Assembly: GCF_000009045.1 (NCBI RefSeq)
Contig: NC_000964.3
Coordinates: forward strand, 496,001-560,000
Length of the DNA: 64,000 nucleotides
Reading direction: 5' to 3'
Origin: Bacillus subtilis subsp. subtilis str. 168
Lineage (GTDB): Bacteria; Bacillota; Bacilli; Bacillales; Bacillaceae
The translations under genes were made by a program, and so were the position numbers. Positions 49,026-58,668 of this stretch are shown here, piece after piece. The notes under the pieces were generated by a model. It worked only from the letters and a program-made list of their open reading frames with translations. It was not told the DNA's origin and did no database searches. Position 1 is the first letter of the stretch. Every line of letters begins with the position of its first letter.

Positions 49026-49532
49026 ATGAAAACACATATTGCATGGGCTTCAGCTTGTTTATTATTAGTCATGTTAACTGGATTTTTCACGATTGGACAG
49101 CAAACGTATAAGATTGAAAAGTTAAAAGATAAAAATGAAGTTTTGAGCGAAAAAATTAAGGAATTGAACCATATAGAATCAACAAGTAGCGCTTCGGAAA
49201 ATAAGGCATTTTTTGAAGCGTTTTTTAATTACTCCGACATAGATATACGATATGAAACAGTTAAGAAGCACACAACTGGAAAAGGGTTTGATTATGCATT
49301 CCCTTCTCGTTCTGATCAAAAGCACACAGTCAGCGTGCAAAGTGAATTACTATCACTAGAGAGTTATTCAAAGCCGTTAGATGAGTCTCATGAATTGTTT
49401 TTAAACATTGTTGAAGTCGCCACAACTGCAAATTCAGTCACTACGAATCAAGTGTTAATTGTACAAACGACTATGAAAAAAGAAAAGGATGGTTGGTTAG
49501 TCGATAATGTGCAGGTTAAGGGAAATGGATAA
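49026..49532 (+). CDS. yddI: Conjugation-associated membrane-anchored protein
   Basis: N-terminal TM, coiled coil, NTF2-like C-terminus ending WLVDNVQV. Confidence 0.8.
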   Translation: MKTHIAWASACLLLVMLTGFFTIGQQTYKIEKLKDKNEVLSEKIKELNHIESTSSASENKAFFEAFFNYSDIDIRYETVKKHTTGKGFDYAFPSRSDQKHTVSVQSELLSLESYSKPLDESHELFLNIVEVATTANSVTTNQVLIVQTTMKKEKDGWLVDNVQVKGNG

Positions 49533-49594
49533 AAGGTGGAAAAGATCAATTTGTTTGTTTATACTAAATATTGAAAAAGGAGGTAATGTTTATT

Positions 49595-49975
49595 TTGAAA
49601 AACCTTTTTATTTTCCTTAGTTTGATGATGATGTTTGTTTTAACTGCATGTGGTGGAAGCAAGTATGATGATGCGATTGATGATGTAATTAGCCAATATA
49701 AAGAGCATAAAGGAAATGACACAGAGATAAATATTAAAAGAGAGAATGCGATTGTTAGAGTCTATGAAGGGGGCAAATATATTCAGTTTGCATTTTATAT
49801 GCCGGATAACTCTTCACGTGAATTAACAACATTTAAGTATTATGAAAAATTTGGAGATAAATATGAAAAGATGACTGATATGCCGGGGAATGGGGAAAAT
49901 GATCGTCTGGGGTTATCAAAGAAAACACCAGACTATGAAGAAGTAAAAGGAGAAGAGACAGAGTTAGAGGAGTAA
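49595..49975 (+). CDS. yddJ: Entry-exclusion lipoprotein (DUF4467, cystatin-like)
   Basis: Lipobox LTAC; last gene of the conjugation operon. Confidence 0.88.
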   Translation: MKNLFIFLSLMMMFVLTACGGSKYDDAIDDVISQYKEHKGNDTEINIKRENAIVRVYEGGKYIQFAFYMPDNSSRELTTFKYYEKFGDKYEKMTDMPGNGENDRLGLSKKTPDYEEVKGEETELEE

Positions 49976-49997
49976 ACCGTGTGTTTACTCCTCTTTT
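49966..49997 (+). terminator. Terminator of the Pxis operon
   Basis: AGAGGAGTAAAC-CGTGT-GTTTACTCCTCT followed by a T run. Confidence 0.8.
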
Positions 49998-50165
49998 AGT
50001 TTTATTGACATTGGTAAAACAGAGATAGGGTAAGAACTTAGCTAATTAAGAATGAAAATTATAAGGTTTATAAGTTGGAAACTAAATCAAATATGTCTTC
50101 TAAGAATAGATTTATGGGTAAAAGTTGTTTTTACACTATTGGTGCTACTAGCAGTGGCATTTAAG

Positions 50166-50966
50166 TTATTTTAATTTCGTATTAAATTTAGCCTTTATCC
50201 TTTCCCATTTTTTATCTTCTAATGTGAGATCATACATACGGAGTATTTTTTCTTTTAAATTAAATAAGTCTATTGGTTCCTCCAAGGAGAATGCTTTTTT
50301 ATTTTTATCAATTACTCCTTTTATTTCGCCCTTAAAACCAGGGAGGATGAAAGTAGAGCAGTTATTGCTATTCACCCAAGTAGCCCCCATTTCATTAAGG
50401 CAGTATACGCTATCATAGTAATTATCGGATAACATATAAAAGACATATGCACCCTTAAAAAGATGTTTTTTTAGATATTCGAAAATATCTTCATCTCCAG
50501 GAATACCATGATAAGGTGAAGAAGTGTATATTATATCTTCAGAAGACACTCCTATATCCTCTAGTAATTCAACGAAAGCATTACATACAATTTTGTCTTT
50601 TGAGGAGTGGCTAATAAATATTTTTTTCTCTAATTCTCTATTTTGATCACTTGAAAAGTGAGTTATGCTGCTTTTTTCAGTCTCATCTACTACAGGCAAT
50701 TCATCTAAAAATTTTTTTATTTTATTTTCTGTTTCATGATGTTCAAACTCATTAAAAACAAATTCATTTTTATATATTTCATTGCGGTTTCGTGCATACC
50801 AAGTCTTAAGTTGTTCTAGTGAATAACGAATTAACTCAATATCATTTGATTCAAGAGATGTTCGAAATTGATCAATAATATTTGTGAGTACAGGCTCGCG
50901 AGAGTAATCTAGAAGTACTCCTATAATTCCATTAGCCTCAAATTTTAATTTTTTTAATGTGTCCAT
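50166..50966 (-). CDS. spbK: TIR-domain abortive-infection protein SpbK
   Basis: KKIFISHSSKD and YCLNEMGA TIR motifs; corresponds to yddK. Confidence 0.9.
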   Translation of the reverse strand: MDTLKKLKFEANGIIGVLLDYSREPVLTNIIDQFRTSLESNDIELIRYSLEQLKTWYARNRNEIYKNEFVFNEFEHHETENKIKKFLDELPVVDETEKSSITHFSSDQNRELEKKIFISHSSKDKIVCNAFVELLEDIGVSSEDIIYTSSPYHGIPGDEDIFEYLKKHLFKGAYVFYMLSDNYYDSVYCLNEMGATWVNSNNCSTFILPGFKGEIKGVIDKNKKAFSLEEPIDLFNLKEKILRMYDLTLEDKKWERIKAKFNTKLK

Positions 50967-51305
50967 TAGATTTCCTCCGACCTAATTTAATCCATTGTTT
51001 GTAAACATTTCATATCTAATTATATAACATAGACTCCTATTCTAACTACTTATTTTAAAGCAGTCTGGATTGTTTGGGTAATTCATAAAAAAATAAAAGA
51101 AAGAAGGAGGAATAGAGTTTTTCTTTTTTTTGTTTGCAATGTTACTGTCAAGTCGCAAAAGAATTGCTATGACCGAAAAAAAACCGCAAAGGAATAGATA
51201 TAAGGTACCTTTTTGCAATTCATCTTTGTAAAATAAAGGTTATTCTGACATAATACAATTAATGTAAAAATTCGCACAATTTTATGTAAGGATGGGGGAA
51301 TTTTC

Positions 51306-52481
51306 TTGCGGGGTGTTTTCTTAGATAAAGATAAAATTCCGTACGACTTAGTCACGAAAAAGTTAAATGAATGGTATACATCAATAAAAAATGATCAAGT
51401 TGAGCAAGCCGAGATTATAAAAACAGAAGTAGAGAAAGAATTGTTAAACATGGAAGAAAATCAAGATGCCCTGTTATATTATCAACTATTAGAATTTAGA
51501 CATGAGATAATGCTGAGTTATATGAAATCTAAGGAAATAGAAGATCTCAATAATGCTTATGAGACTATAAAAGAAATTGAGAAGCAAGGGCAATTAACTG
51601 GCATGTTGGAATACTATTTTTACTTTTTTAAGGGTATGTACGAGTTTAGGCGTAAAGAATTAATTTCAGCGATAAGTGCTTATCGAATAGCTGAATCAAA
51701 GTTGTCAGAAGTTGAGGATGAAATAGAGAAAGCAGAGTTTTTTTTCAAAGTGTCCTATGTATATTATTATATGAAACAAACATACTTCTCCATGAATTAT
51801 GCAAATCGTGCACTCAAAATATTTAGAGAGTATGAAGAATATGCTGTCCAGACTGTGCGTTGTCAATTTATTGTAGCAGGAAACTTGATCGATTCATTGG
51901 AATATGAAAGAGCCTTGGAACAATTTTTGAAGTCTTTGGAAATTTCCAAGGAAAGTAACATAGAGCATTTAATTGCAATGTCACATATGAATATTGGGAT
52001 TTGTTATGATGAATTGAAAGAATATAAGAAGGCTTCACAACATTTAATTTTAGCGTTAGAAATTTTTGAAAAATCAAAACATAGTTTCTTAACAAAGACT
52101 TTATTCACTCTAACCTATGTAGAAGCAAAACAACAAAATTATAATGTTGCTTTGATATACTTTAGGAAAGGGCGATTTATTGCCGATAAAAGTGATGATA
52201 AGGAATACTCAGCGAAATTCAAAATATTAGAGGGATTATTTTTTTCTGATGGTGAGACTCAATTAATAAAGAATGCATTTTCATATCTGGCTTCGAGAAA
52301 AATGTTTGCTGATGTTGAAAATTTTTCGATTGAAGTCGCTGATTATTTTCATGAACAAGGAAATTTAATGCTCTCTAATGAATATTATCGTATGAGTATT
52401 GAAGCAAGACGAAAAATTAAAAAAGGGGAGATTATTGATGAAAATCAGCCGGATTCTATTGGCAGCAGTGATTTTAAGTAG
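51306..52481 (+). CDS. rapI: Rap family TPR regulator RapI
   Basis: KLNEWY...QDALLYYQLLEFRH Rap N-terminus plus TPR repeats. Confidence 0.95.
   Translation: MRGVFLDKDKIPYDLVTKKLNEWYTSIKNDQVEQAEIIKTEVEKELLNMEENQDALLYYQLLEFRHEIMLSYMKSKEIEDLNNAYETIKEIEKQGQLTGMLEYYFYFFKGMYEFRRKELISAISAYRIAESKLSEVEDEIEKAEFFFKVSYVYYYMKQTYFSMNYANRALKIFREYEEYAVQTVRCQFIVAGNLIDSLEYERALEQFLKSLEISKESNIEHLIAMSHMNIGICYDELKEYKKASQHLILALEIFEKSKHSFLTKTLFTLTYVEAKQQNYNVALIYFRKGRFIADKSDDKEYSAKFKILEGLFFSDGETQLIKNAFSYLASRKMFADVENFSIEVADYFHEQGNLMLSNEYYRMSIEARRKIKKGEIIDENQPDSIGSSDFK
52358..52383 (+). promoter_or_regulatory. Probable sigmaH promoter for phrI inside rapI
   Basis: AGGA-N18-GAAT, the usual arrangement for phr genes. 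Confidence 0.7.
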
Positions 52482-52557
52482 TGTATTTTCAATAACTTAT
52501 TTGCAAAGTGATCATAATACTGAAATTAAAGTTGCTGCAGATCGGGTAGGGGCATAG
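52438..52557 (+). CDS. phrI: PhrI signalling peptide precursor (39 aa)
   Basis: Not in the ORF track: MKISRILLAAVILSSVFSITYLQSDHNTEIKVAADRVGA*; overlaps the rapI 3' end. Confidence 0.93.
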   Translation: MKISRILLAAVILSSVFSITYLQSDHNTEIKVAADRVGA

Positions 52558-52578
52558 CTTAGATAATTGGAAAAGAGG

Positions 52579-52620
52579 AAAAAAGCTTAATCTTTTTTCG
52601 AAGGTTAAGCTTTTTCTTTT
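52579..52620 (+). terminator. Terminator after rapI-phrI
   Basis: AAAAAGCTTAATCTT-loop-AAGGTTAAGCTTTTT followed by a T run. Confidence 0.75.
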
Positions 52621-52709
52621 ATTTATAAAAAGTGAACTAACTATCAGAAAGAAATTATATTAAATTTTATTTTTTTGTTTAAAAAGTAGATTATATAAAG
52701 GCAAGCTAG

Positions 52710-53651
52710 GTGGGGGAAAATATGTTTAAAAAAGAAAAAGTCACAGAATACATTTGGACTATACTAATACCAACAATCATCACTTTTATCATTAGTTGGG
52801 TTGGGTCTTATTACAATGGTACTTCGACAGTTAGTATTGGACAACCTACAAAAGTTTCCGGTCAGTATATCACGCCAATAAATATAAGTCCCTATCATGA
52901 TATTAAGGAATTAAGAATAACTTTTCCGCAAAAACTAGATGTAAAACAAATTAGTTCAAATGAGCCTATAAATGTAAAATCAGATAAGAACAATATAGGA
53001 GTTGAAAGTAATTCCACTTTTGAGATTGCGAAAATCGTTGAAAATAATAGCGTTCAGTTGCTAATTACAACACAAAAAAAGTTAAACGATAAGGAAATTA
53101 GAATTGATAAAAATGGAAATAACATTTCTGTAAATTATGAATCTCAGATTGTTAATCCTGCAAAAAAACAATTAATCAATCTTATAATTACGTCATCTAT
53201 TTATTTTATAATGCTTAATATACTAGCATTGATTATGAACAAAAGATGGGATAAGTATTATGCAAAAATGAAAAATGAAATCAAAGAATTTGAGGATAAT
53301 GCAAAAGATCTTGATAAAAAATCAAAGAAGAAAAGCGAGGAATTATCGGAGCTGCGAAAGACCTTGAACCAAGCGTTTGAGGAAACTGATAGGATAAAAT
53401 ATCATGAGAAGAAAAAACAAATCCTCCTCTTAGCTAAGTTAAACGATTATAAAAAAGAACTAACCTTTTGGAGAAATACAATAAGAAAAGTTCTTTATGA
53501 ACTTCCTGATGGAGATAAAAAAGCAGATAAACTAATAGGGACAGTTACATCATCTTTAAAAACGTACGGTACAGTCGAAAAAAACGAGCATGATTATGAA
53601 AGTTTAAAAGTAGCAGCTGCCTTACTAAATGATTCTGATAAGAGATCGTAA
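52710..53651 (+). CDS. yddM: Uncharacterised membrane protein, last ICE cargo gene
   Basis: 313 aa with two TM segments and a coiled-coil C-terminal half. Confidence 0.8.
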
Positions 53652-53872
53652 TGTACTGGATTTTAATAAACTATTAGAAAGAAGATTAGCTGCAAACATC
53701 AGAACGACCAAACAATGGTGGTATGTTTATAGAGTTTAGTTGTTGAAAAGGGCGAACTATGAGTTTGCTGCCCATTTACTGCCCAGAATAAATAACAAAT
53801 CATGAAAATCAGTGTAAATAAAATAACTTAATGCTATAAATAAAGGCTTTTGTAAATAAAGATATGATTTTA

Positions 53873-53932
53873 CTAGGTTGAGGGCCTAGTGGGTGAATAA
53901 CCCGTGGAGGTTCAAGTCCTCTCGGCCGCATC
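53873..53932 (+). repeat. attR 60-bp direct repeat (3' fragment of tRNA-Leu2)
   Basis: Identical to 33362-33421. Confidence 0.96.
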
Positions 53933-53934
53933 TC

Positions 53935-53975
53935 AATAATACCAAGGGTTTAACCACCTTTGGTATTATTTTTTT
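53935..53975. terminator. Diverged copy of the attL terminator
   Basis: AATAATACCAAGGG-loop-CCTTTGGTATTATT followed by a T run. Confidence 0.7.
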
Positions 53976-54029
53976 GTGTGGAAAATACGGCTATGGGAGA
54001 AGACTTGCTCACCAAAACTCACCAGTTAC

Positions 54030-54126
54030 TTAAAGTAAGTCATCCAAACGGTCGGCGGTTCCTTCTGTTTATTAGGAAAAAGATATCCGTTCATTGTAAA
54101 AGAAACGAACCATGTCCTATTCGTTC
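54030..54126 (-). pseudogene. Integrase 3'-end remnant
   Basis: Frameshifted pieces ERIGHGS / GYLFPNKQKE / ADRLDDLL* match the Int C-terminus ERLGHGS / GHLYPNKQKE / ADKLDDLL*. Confidence 0.88.
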
Positions 54127-54135
54127 AAAAAAACT

Positions 54136-54179
54136 AAAGGGTGATACATATTATACATGATTAATATGTATCACCCTTT
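54136..54179. terminator. Perfect 18-bp inverted repeat, probable yddN terminator
   Basis: AAAGGGTGATACATATTA-N8-TAATATGTATCACCCTTT. Confidence 0.6.
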
Positions 54180-54239
54180 TCTTTCTTGTTCAACAATCGC
54201 GCTTGAGGAGAACATAAGCTAATACAACTGACTCGATTT

Positions 54240-55259
54240 CTAAAGTTGCTCCATTCTTTTTTTAAACAACTCATCCACAACCTGTTTTAAAATCTCGTAC
54301 GACTGAATTTCCTTGCTCAATTCGTAAATATTAGATAACACAATTAATTCATCTGCGTGATACATTTGTTGGAAATCAATTAGTTCGCGACGAATTGTTT
54401 CTCGATCACCCATGATTGTATACCCCAGTCGACTGTGGAGAATTTCTAATTCAAACTGTGATAACGATTCTAGGAAGTTTTCAGTGGGTGGAATAAGCTT
54501 ACTTAAATTATTTGTATAAATATCAATATACACCTGCAAATGACTTGCAGAAATAAAAGATGCCTCGTCTATAGATTCTGCTGCAATCACATTAATGCAA
54601 GCGATCACATAAGGTTCTTGTAAATAAGAAGACGGTTGGAAATTTTCTCGATAAATAGAGAGCGCTTCTTCCATCGAATGGGGTGAAAATTGAGCGCCAA
54701 ATGCATAGGGTAAACCAAGCTTTGCAGCAATTTCCGCTGAATCCGTTGAGGATCCTAACACAAAAACAGGCACATGCGTTCCAATACCCGGATAAGCGCG
54801 AACCTCACCCTGTACACTCTTATCCCCGACAAAACGCAAAATATCATTTACTTCTCTTTCAAAGAAAAACACTCCATTATGGTTGGAACGACGAATCACA
54901 TCGGCCGTTTTTTGATCCGTTCCGGGTGCGCGTCCTAATGCCAAATCTACACGATTTGGATATAATGTTTCAAGTGTTCCAAATTGCTCCGCTACGATTA
55001 ATGGGGAATGATTTGGCAACATAATACCCCCTGAACCTACGCGAATGTCTTTTGTATTTGCTAATATATGTTGTACAATTGATACGGTTGCTGCACTTGC
55101 ATAAGCGTCGTGATTATGATGCTCTGCAAACCAAATCCGTTTATAGCCCATATTATCTACAGCTTTAGCTAATGACACTGCAGAATCAATCCCTTGTTTC
55201 ATTGTTTCTCCTTGTCTTAATGGAGCAACTGATAAAACAGATATATCAAATTTTTTCAT
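54240..55259 (-). CDS. yddN: Luciferase-like (LLM) flavin-dependent oxidoreductase
   Basis: WFAEHHN, RVGSGGIML and RVDLALGRAPG motifs. Confidence 0.9.
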   Translation of the reverse strand: MKKFDISVLSVAPLRQGETMKQGIDSAVSLAKAVDNMGYKRIWFAEHHNHDAYASAATVSIVQHILANTKDIRVGSGGIMLPNHSPLIVAEQFGTLETLYPNRVDLALGRAPGTDQKTADVIRRSNHNGVFFFEREVNDILRFVGDKSVQGEVRAYPGIGTHVPVFVLGSSTDSAEIAAKLGLPYAFGAQFSPHSMEEALSIYRENFQPSSYLQEPYVIACINVIAAESIDEASFISASHLQVYIDIYTNNLSKLIPPTENFLESLSQFELEILHSRLGYTIMGDRETIRRELIDFQQMYHADELIVLSNIYELSKEIQSYEILKQVVDELFKKRMEQL

Positions 55260-55518
55260 AATTTCACCTCTAAAATAATGAACTTATACAAGATCAATGG
55301 AAAAAACATTTTGAAAAATTGTTTCATATTAAATGGTGTCCATTCCTCTTTGATTTGCATGCAAATAAATATATACTTTCTCAAACGATCAATACATAGG
55401 CAAAATAAAGTTATTTCACAATTTCACTTTACTTTTAAAGTTTTAAGCAAACATAAAAAAATGTTCAGTGAACAAAATATGTAAAATACATCTTATTTTT
55501 CAGAAAGGATACAAGAAA

Positions 55519-55929
55519 ATGATTGATGAAATAGATAAAAAAATACTTGATGAGCTGTCTAAAAATAGTCGCCTTACAATGAAAAAATTAGGGGAAAAAG
55601 TACATCTCACTGCACCAGCAACCGCATCAAGAGTAGTAAAGTTAATAGACAATGGCATAATAAAAGGATGTAGTATCGAAGTGAATCAAGTGAAATTAGG
55701 CTTCTCTATACATGCTTTTCTTAATATTTATATCGAAAAAATCCATCATCAACCCTATTTAGCTTTTATAGAAACACAAGATAACTATGTAATAAACAAT
55801 TATAAAGTTAGTGGAGACGGTTGCTATTTGCTTGAATGTAAATTTCCTTCAAACGAGGTATTAGATCAATTTTTAAATGACTTAAATAAACATGCAAACT
55901 ATAAAGTGTCGATTGTTATTGGTAAATAG
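55519..55929 (+). CDS. lrpA: Lrp/AsnC family regulator
   Basis: IDEIDKKILDEL...LGEKVHLTAPA HTH and VSGDGCY. Confidence 0.9.
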   Translation: MIDEIDKKILDELSKNSRLTMKKLGEKVHLTAPATASRVVKLIDNGIIKGCSIEVNQVKLGFSIHAFLNIYIEKIHHQPYLAFIETQDNYVINNYKVSGDGCYLLECKFPSNEVLDQFLNDLNKHANYKVSIVIGK

Positions 55930-56051
55930 TTAACTTTATAAAACGGAGATGTGCGGTCATATAACATGATATATATGCTCTAAAAAAGCCCTAGGTTGGA
56001 TATGGAATTTACCAAGCTGGGGCCTTTTTATACATTATAATAACAAGCGCA

Positions 56052-56501
56052 TTATTCATCAGACATTAATGAAGTATTATAATGCTTTTTTACTTCCTTA
56101 ATAGACAAATAAAGCTGATAGTTTCCATACTTCAATAAATCATTCAGAAGGTGATTTAAAACTTCTTGTGAATGAACCGTTACCTTCAGAAGATAACATG
56201 CATCTCCCGAAACACGATGAGCTTCGCTAATTTCATTACGAGTAGCAATAAATTTCAATAAATCATCATGCATATATGCATTCATGAAAAAGAAGACAAA
56301 GGCTGTAAAAGAAAACCCCATCTTCAATTCATCAACCACAATCGAATATGCTTTAATGATACCGTTATCCTCCATTTTTTTGATGCGATTGCCTACCGCT
56401 TGTCCTGTCATATGAATTTTTTCACCGATTTCTTTCCATTGTATCCGAGCATTTTTATTTAATAATTGGAGAATTTGAAAATCAATTGAATCAATTTGCA
56501 T
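56052..56501 (-). CDS. lrpB: Lrp/AsnC family regulator
   Basis: IDSIDFQILQLL...IGEKIHMT and HRVSGDACY. Confidence 0.9.
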   Translation of the reverse strand: MQIDSIDFQILQLLNKNARIQWKEIGEKIHMTGQAVGNRIKKMEDNGIIKAYSIVVDELKMGFSFTAFVFFFMNAYMHDDLLKFIATRNEISEAHRVSGDACYLLKVTVHSQEVLNHLLNDLLKYGNYQLYLSIKEVKKHYNTSLMSDE

Positions 56502-56615
56502 AGTAACTCCTTTCACAGTGAAAAAGTTTTACAAAATAGTATTTCATGAGACCATCGAAAATTCAATGGAAATTATATATCCTTATACAGTATAAAAATT
56601 TTAAGAGGTGAAAAA

Positions 56616-57158
56616 ATGACAACAGCTTTATTAGTGATTGATATTCAAAATGATTACTTTCCAAATGGGAAGATGGCTTTAACAAACCCAGAGAAAGCAG
56701 CACAAAATGCGGCTAAACTACTTTCACACTTTAGAAACACAGGCGCACCTGTCTTTCATGTACAGCATATCACAGAAGGTAACATCGCTCATTTTTTCCA
56801 TCCAAATACAGAAGGTGTCGAAATTCATGAGTCAGTACGTCCATTAGAGAAAGAGACAGTCATTGTAAAACATATGCCGAATAGCTTTTTCAATACAGAT
56901 TTAAATGGAAAGCTACAAGAAGAAGGGGTTAAAGAATTAGTTGTTTGCGGTATGATGTCCCATATGTGTATTGATGCAACAGTTCGTTCTGCAGTTGAAC
57001 ATGGTTATGTATGCCAAGTGGTAGAAGATGCTTGCGCAACAACAACATTGCAAATTGAAGATAAAATCGTTCCTGCTGAGCATGTCCATTACGCATTTAT
57101 GGCCGCATTAAATGGTGTCTATGCAACAGTAAAAACCACAGAGGCATTTTTAAAATAA
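56616..57158 (+). CDS. yddQ: Isochorismatase-family cysteine hydrolase
   Basis: LLVIDIQNDYF, KHMPNSF and GMMSHMCI motifs. Confidence 0.9.
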   Translation: MTTALLVIDIQNDYFPNGKMALTNPEKAAQNAAKLLSHFRNTGAPVFHVQHITEGNIAHFFHPNTEGVEIHESVRPLEKETVIVKHMPNSFFNTDLNGKLQEEGVKELVVCGMMSHMCIDATVRSAVEHGYVCQVVEDACATTTLQIEDKIVPAEHVHYAFMAALNGVYATVKTTEAFLK

Positions 57159-57368
57159 AAGAATTTCCTGCGCGAACATAACGTCTTTCTTTTCACAAGA
57201 AAGATGATTCAACAACTTAAAAAAGGATGTTCAGAAAAATACTTCTGGACATCCTTTATTCATTATCTTTTATTGTTTTTCAGTATCATTATTCCCATCT
57301 GATAAAAGATCAAGATGTCCTGTTTTTGATCCATAGTAAGACCATATACAGGGATTGTTTTTGCCATA

Positions 57369-57579
57369 AATATAGATATTGATGAAGGTTTACATAAAGC
57401 ACCTAATTGCTTGATTTACTTTAATGTTAGATCCCTCAATAACTCCATTCTCTTCTAATTTCTCTACTCTAGCTGTAGCTGCTGGGCATGTTAAATGTAC
57501 TCTCTCCCAGATCTTTCATTGAATTCGGCTATTATACATAATTTCTCTATAATTTTTTATCTGTTTGATCTATTTGAAC
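57369..57579 (-). pseudogene. Decayed Lrp/AsnC regulator gene
   Basis: QIDQTDKK / MKDLGERVHLTCPAATARVEKLEENGVIEGSNIKVNQ / TFINIYI segments with frameshifts, a stop and no start codon. Confidence 0.85.
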
Positions 57580-57710
57580 GTTAATTCCTTTCGAAAATAA
57601 AGTCAAAGAGTTAAAACACTTTTTTTTATCTATGTATTCGAACACTGCTGATATTATACACTTAACTCTGTCGATCTAAGACAAATAAAAAAAGAAAGTG
57701 AGTTGTAAAT

Positions 57711-58475
57711 ATGAATATTACACAAATTCGAAATGCAACAATTGTTGTAAAATACGCAAATAAAAAATTTTTGATAGATCCTATGTTAGCAGAGAAAGGT
57801 ACGTACGCTACTTTCCCTGAAACGATCAGACAAGATTTATTTAATCCTTTGGTGAGTTTGCCAACATCAATTGATAACATTCTGGATGGCGTAGATGCGG
57901 TAATTGTTACTCATCTACACCTAGATCACTTTGATGATGTGGCAAAAAACGTATTGCCAAAAAACATCAAAATGTTTGTTCAAAATGAAGCAGATGCAAA
58001 AGAAGTAAAAGCAAGTGGTTTCAAAAATGTAGAAGTGCTACATCAAGACACTGTTTTTGAAGGGATCCAATTAGTAAAAACAAAAGGTGAACATGGCAGA
58101 GGGGAAGAGTTATTAAACTTAATGGGTGATGTTTGTGGATTAGTATTCAAGCACCCAAGTGAAAAAGTTTTATATGTAGCTGGGGATACAGTTTGGTATG
58201 ATGCTATCGAAGACGAGATTCATACACATCAACCAGAAATCATTGTGGTTAATGGTGGAGACAATCAAAGATTAGATTTAGGTTCACTCATCATGGGAAA
58301 AGAAGACATCTATGAAGTTCACAAGGCTGCTCCTCATGCTAAGATTATATCTGTTCATATGGAAGCTGTTAACCATTGGACACTATCTAGAGAAGAATTA
58401 AAAAACTTTAGTAAAGAAAAAGGATTCTCAAGTAATATTTTAGTGCCAGAAGATGGCGAGTCTTACACATTTTAA
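57711..58475 (+). CDS. yddR: Metallo-beta-lactamase fold hydrolase
   Basis: THLHLDH, GEH, AGDT and HMEAVNH motifs. Confidence 0.9.
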   Translation: MNITQIRNATIVVKYANKKFLIDPMLAEKGTYATFPETIRQDLFNPLVSLPTSIDNILDGVDAVIVTHLHLDHFDDVAKNVLPKNIKMFVQNEADAKEVKASGFKNVEVLHQDTVFEGIQLVKTKGEHGRGEELLNLMGDVCGLVFKHPSEKVLYVAGDTVWYDAIEDEIHTHQPEIIVVNGGDNQRLDLGSLIMGKEDIYEVHKAAPHAKIISVHMEAVNHWTLSREELKNFSKEKGFSSNILVPEDGESYTF

Positions 58476-58668
58476 TATGAACACCGACAAATAAATAGAA
58501 GAAGCTCATAATTATAAAAACTAATCATGAGCTTCTTCTAATAATGAATATTTTAAATTTTAAATATATCGAAAATCCTAAATATACGGAATAACAAAAA
58601 TGGAATGTTCCAATGATGACAAAAAAACTTGAAAAGCAACAAAGATGTGTCGTTAGGAGGTAGAATTC

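Noticed and set aside
53960-54160. 66-aa plus-strand ORF after attR
   Set aside because: It has no good RBS and is the antisense shadow of the integrase remnant.
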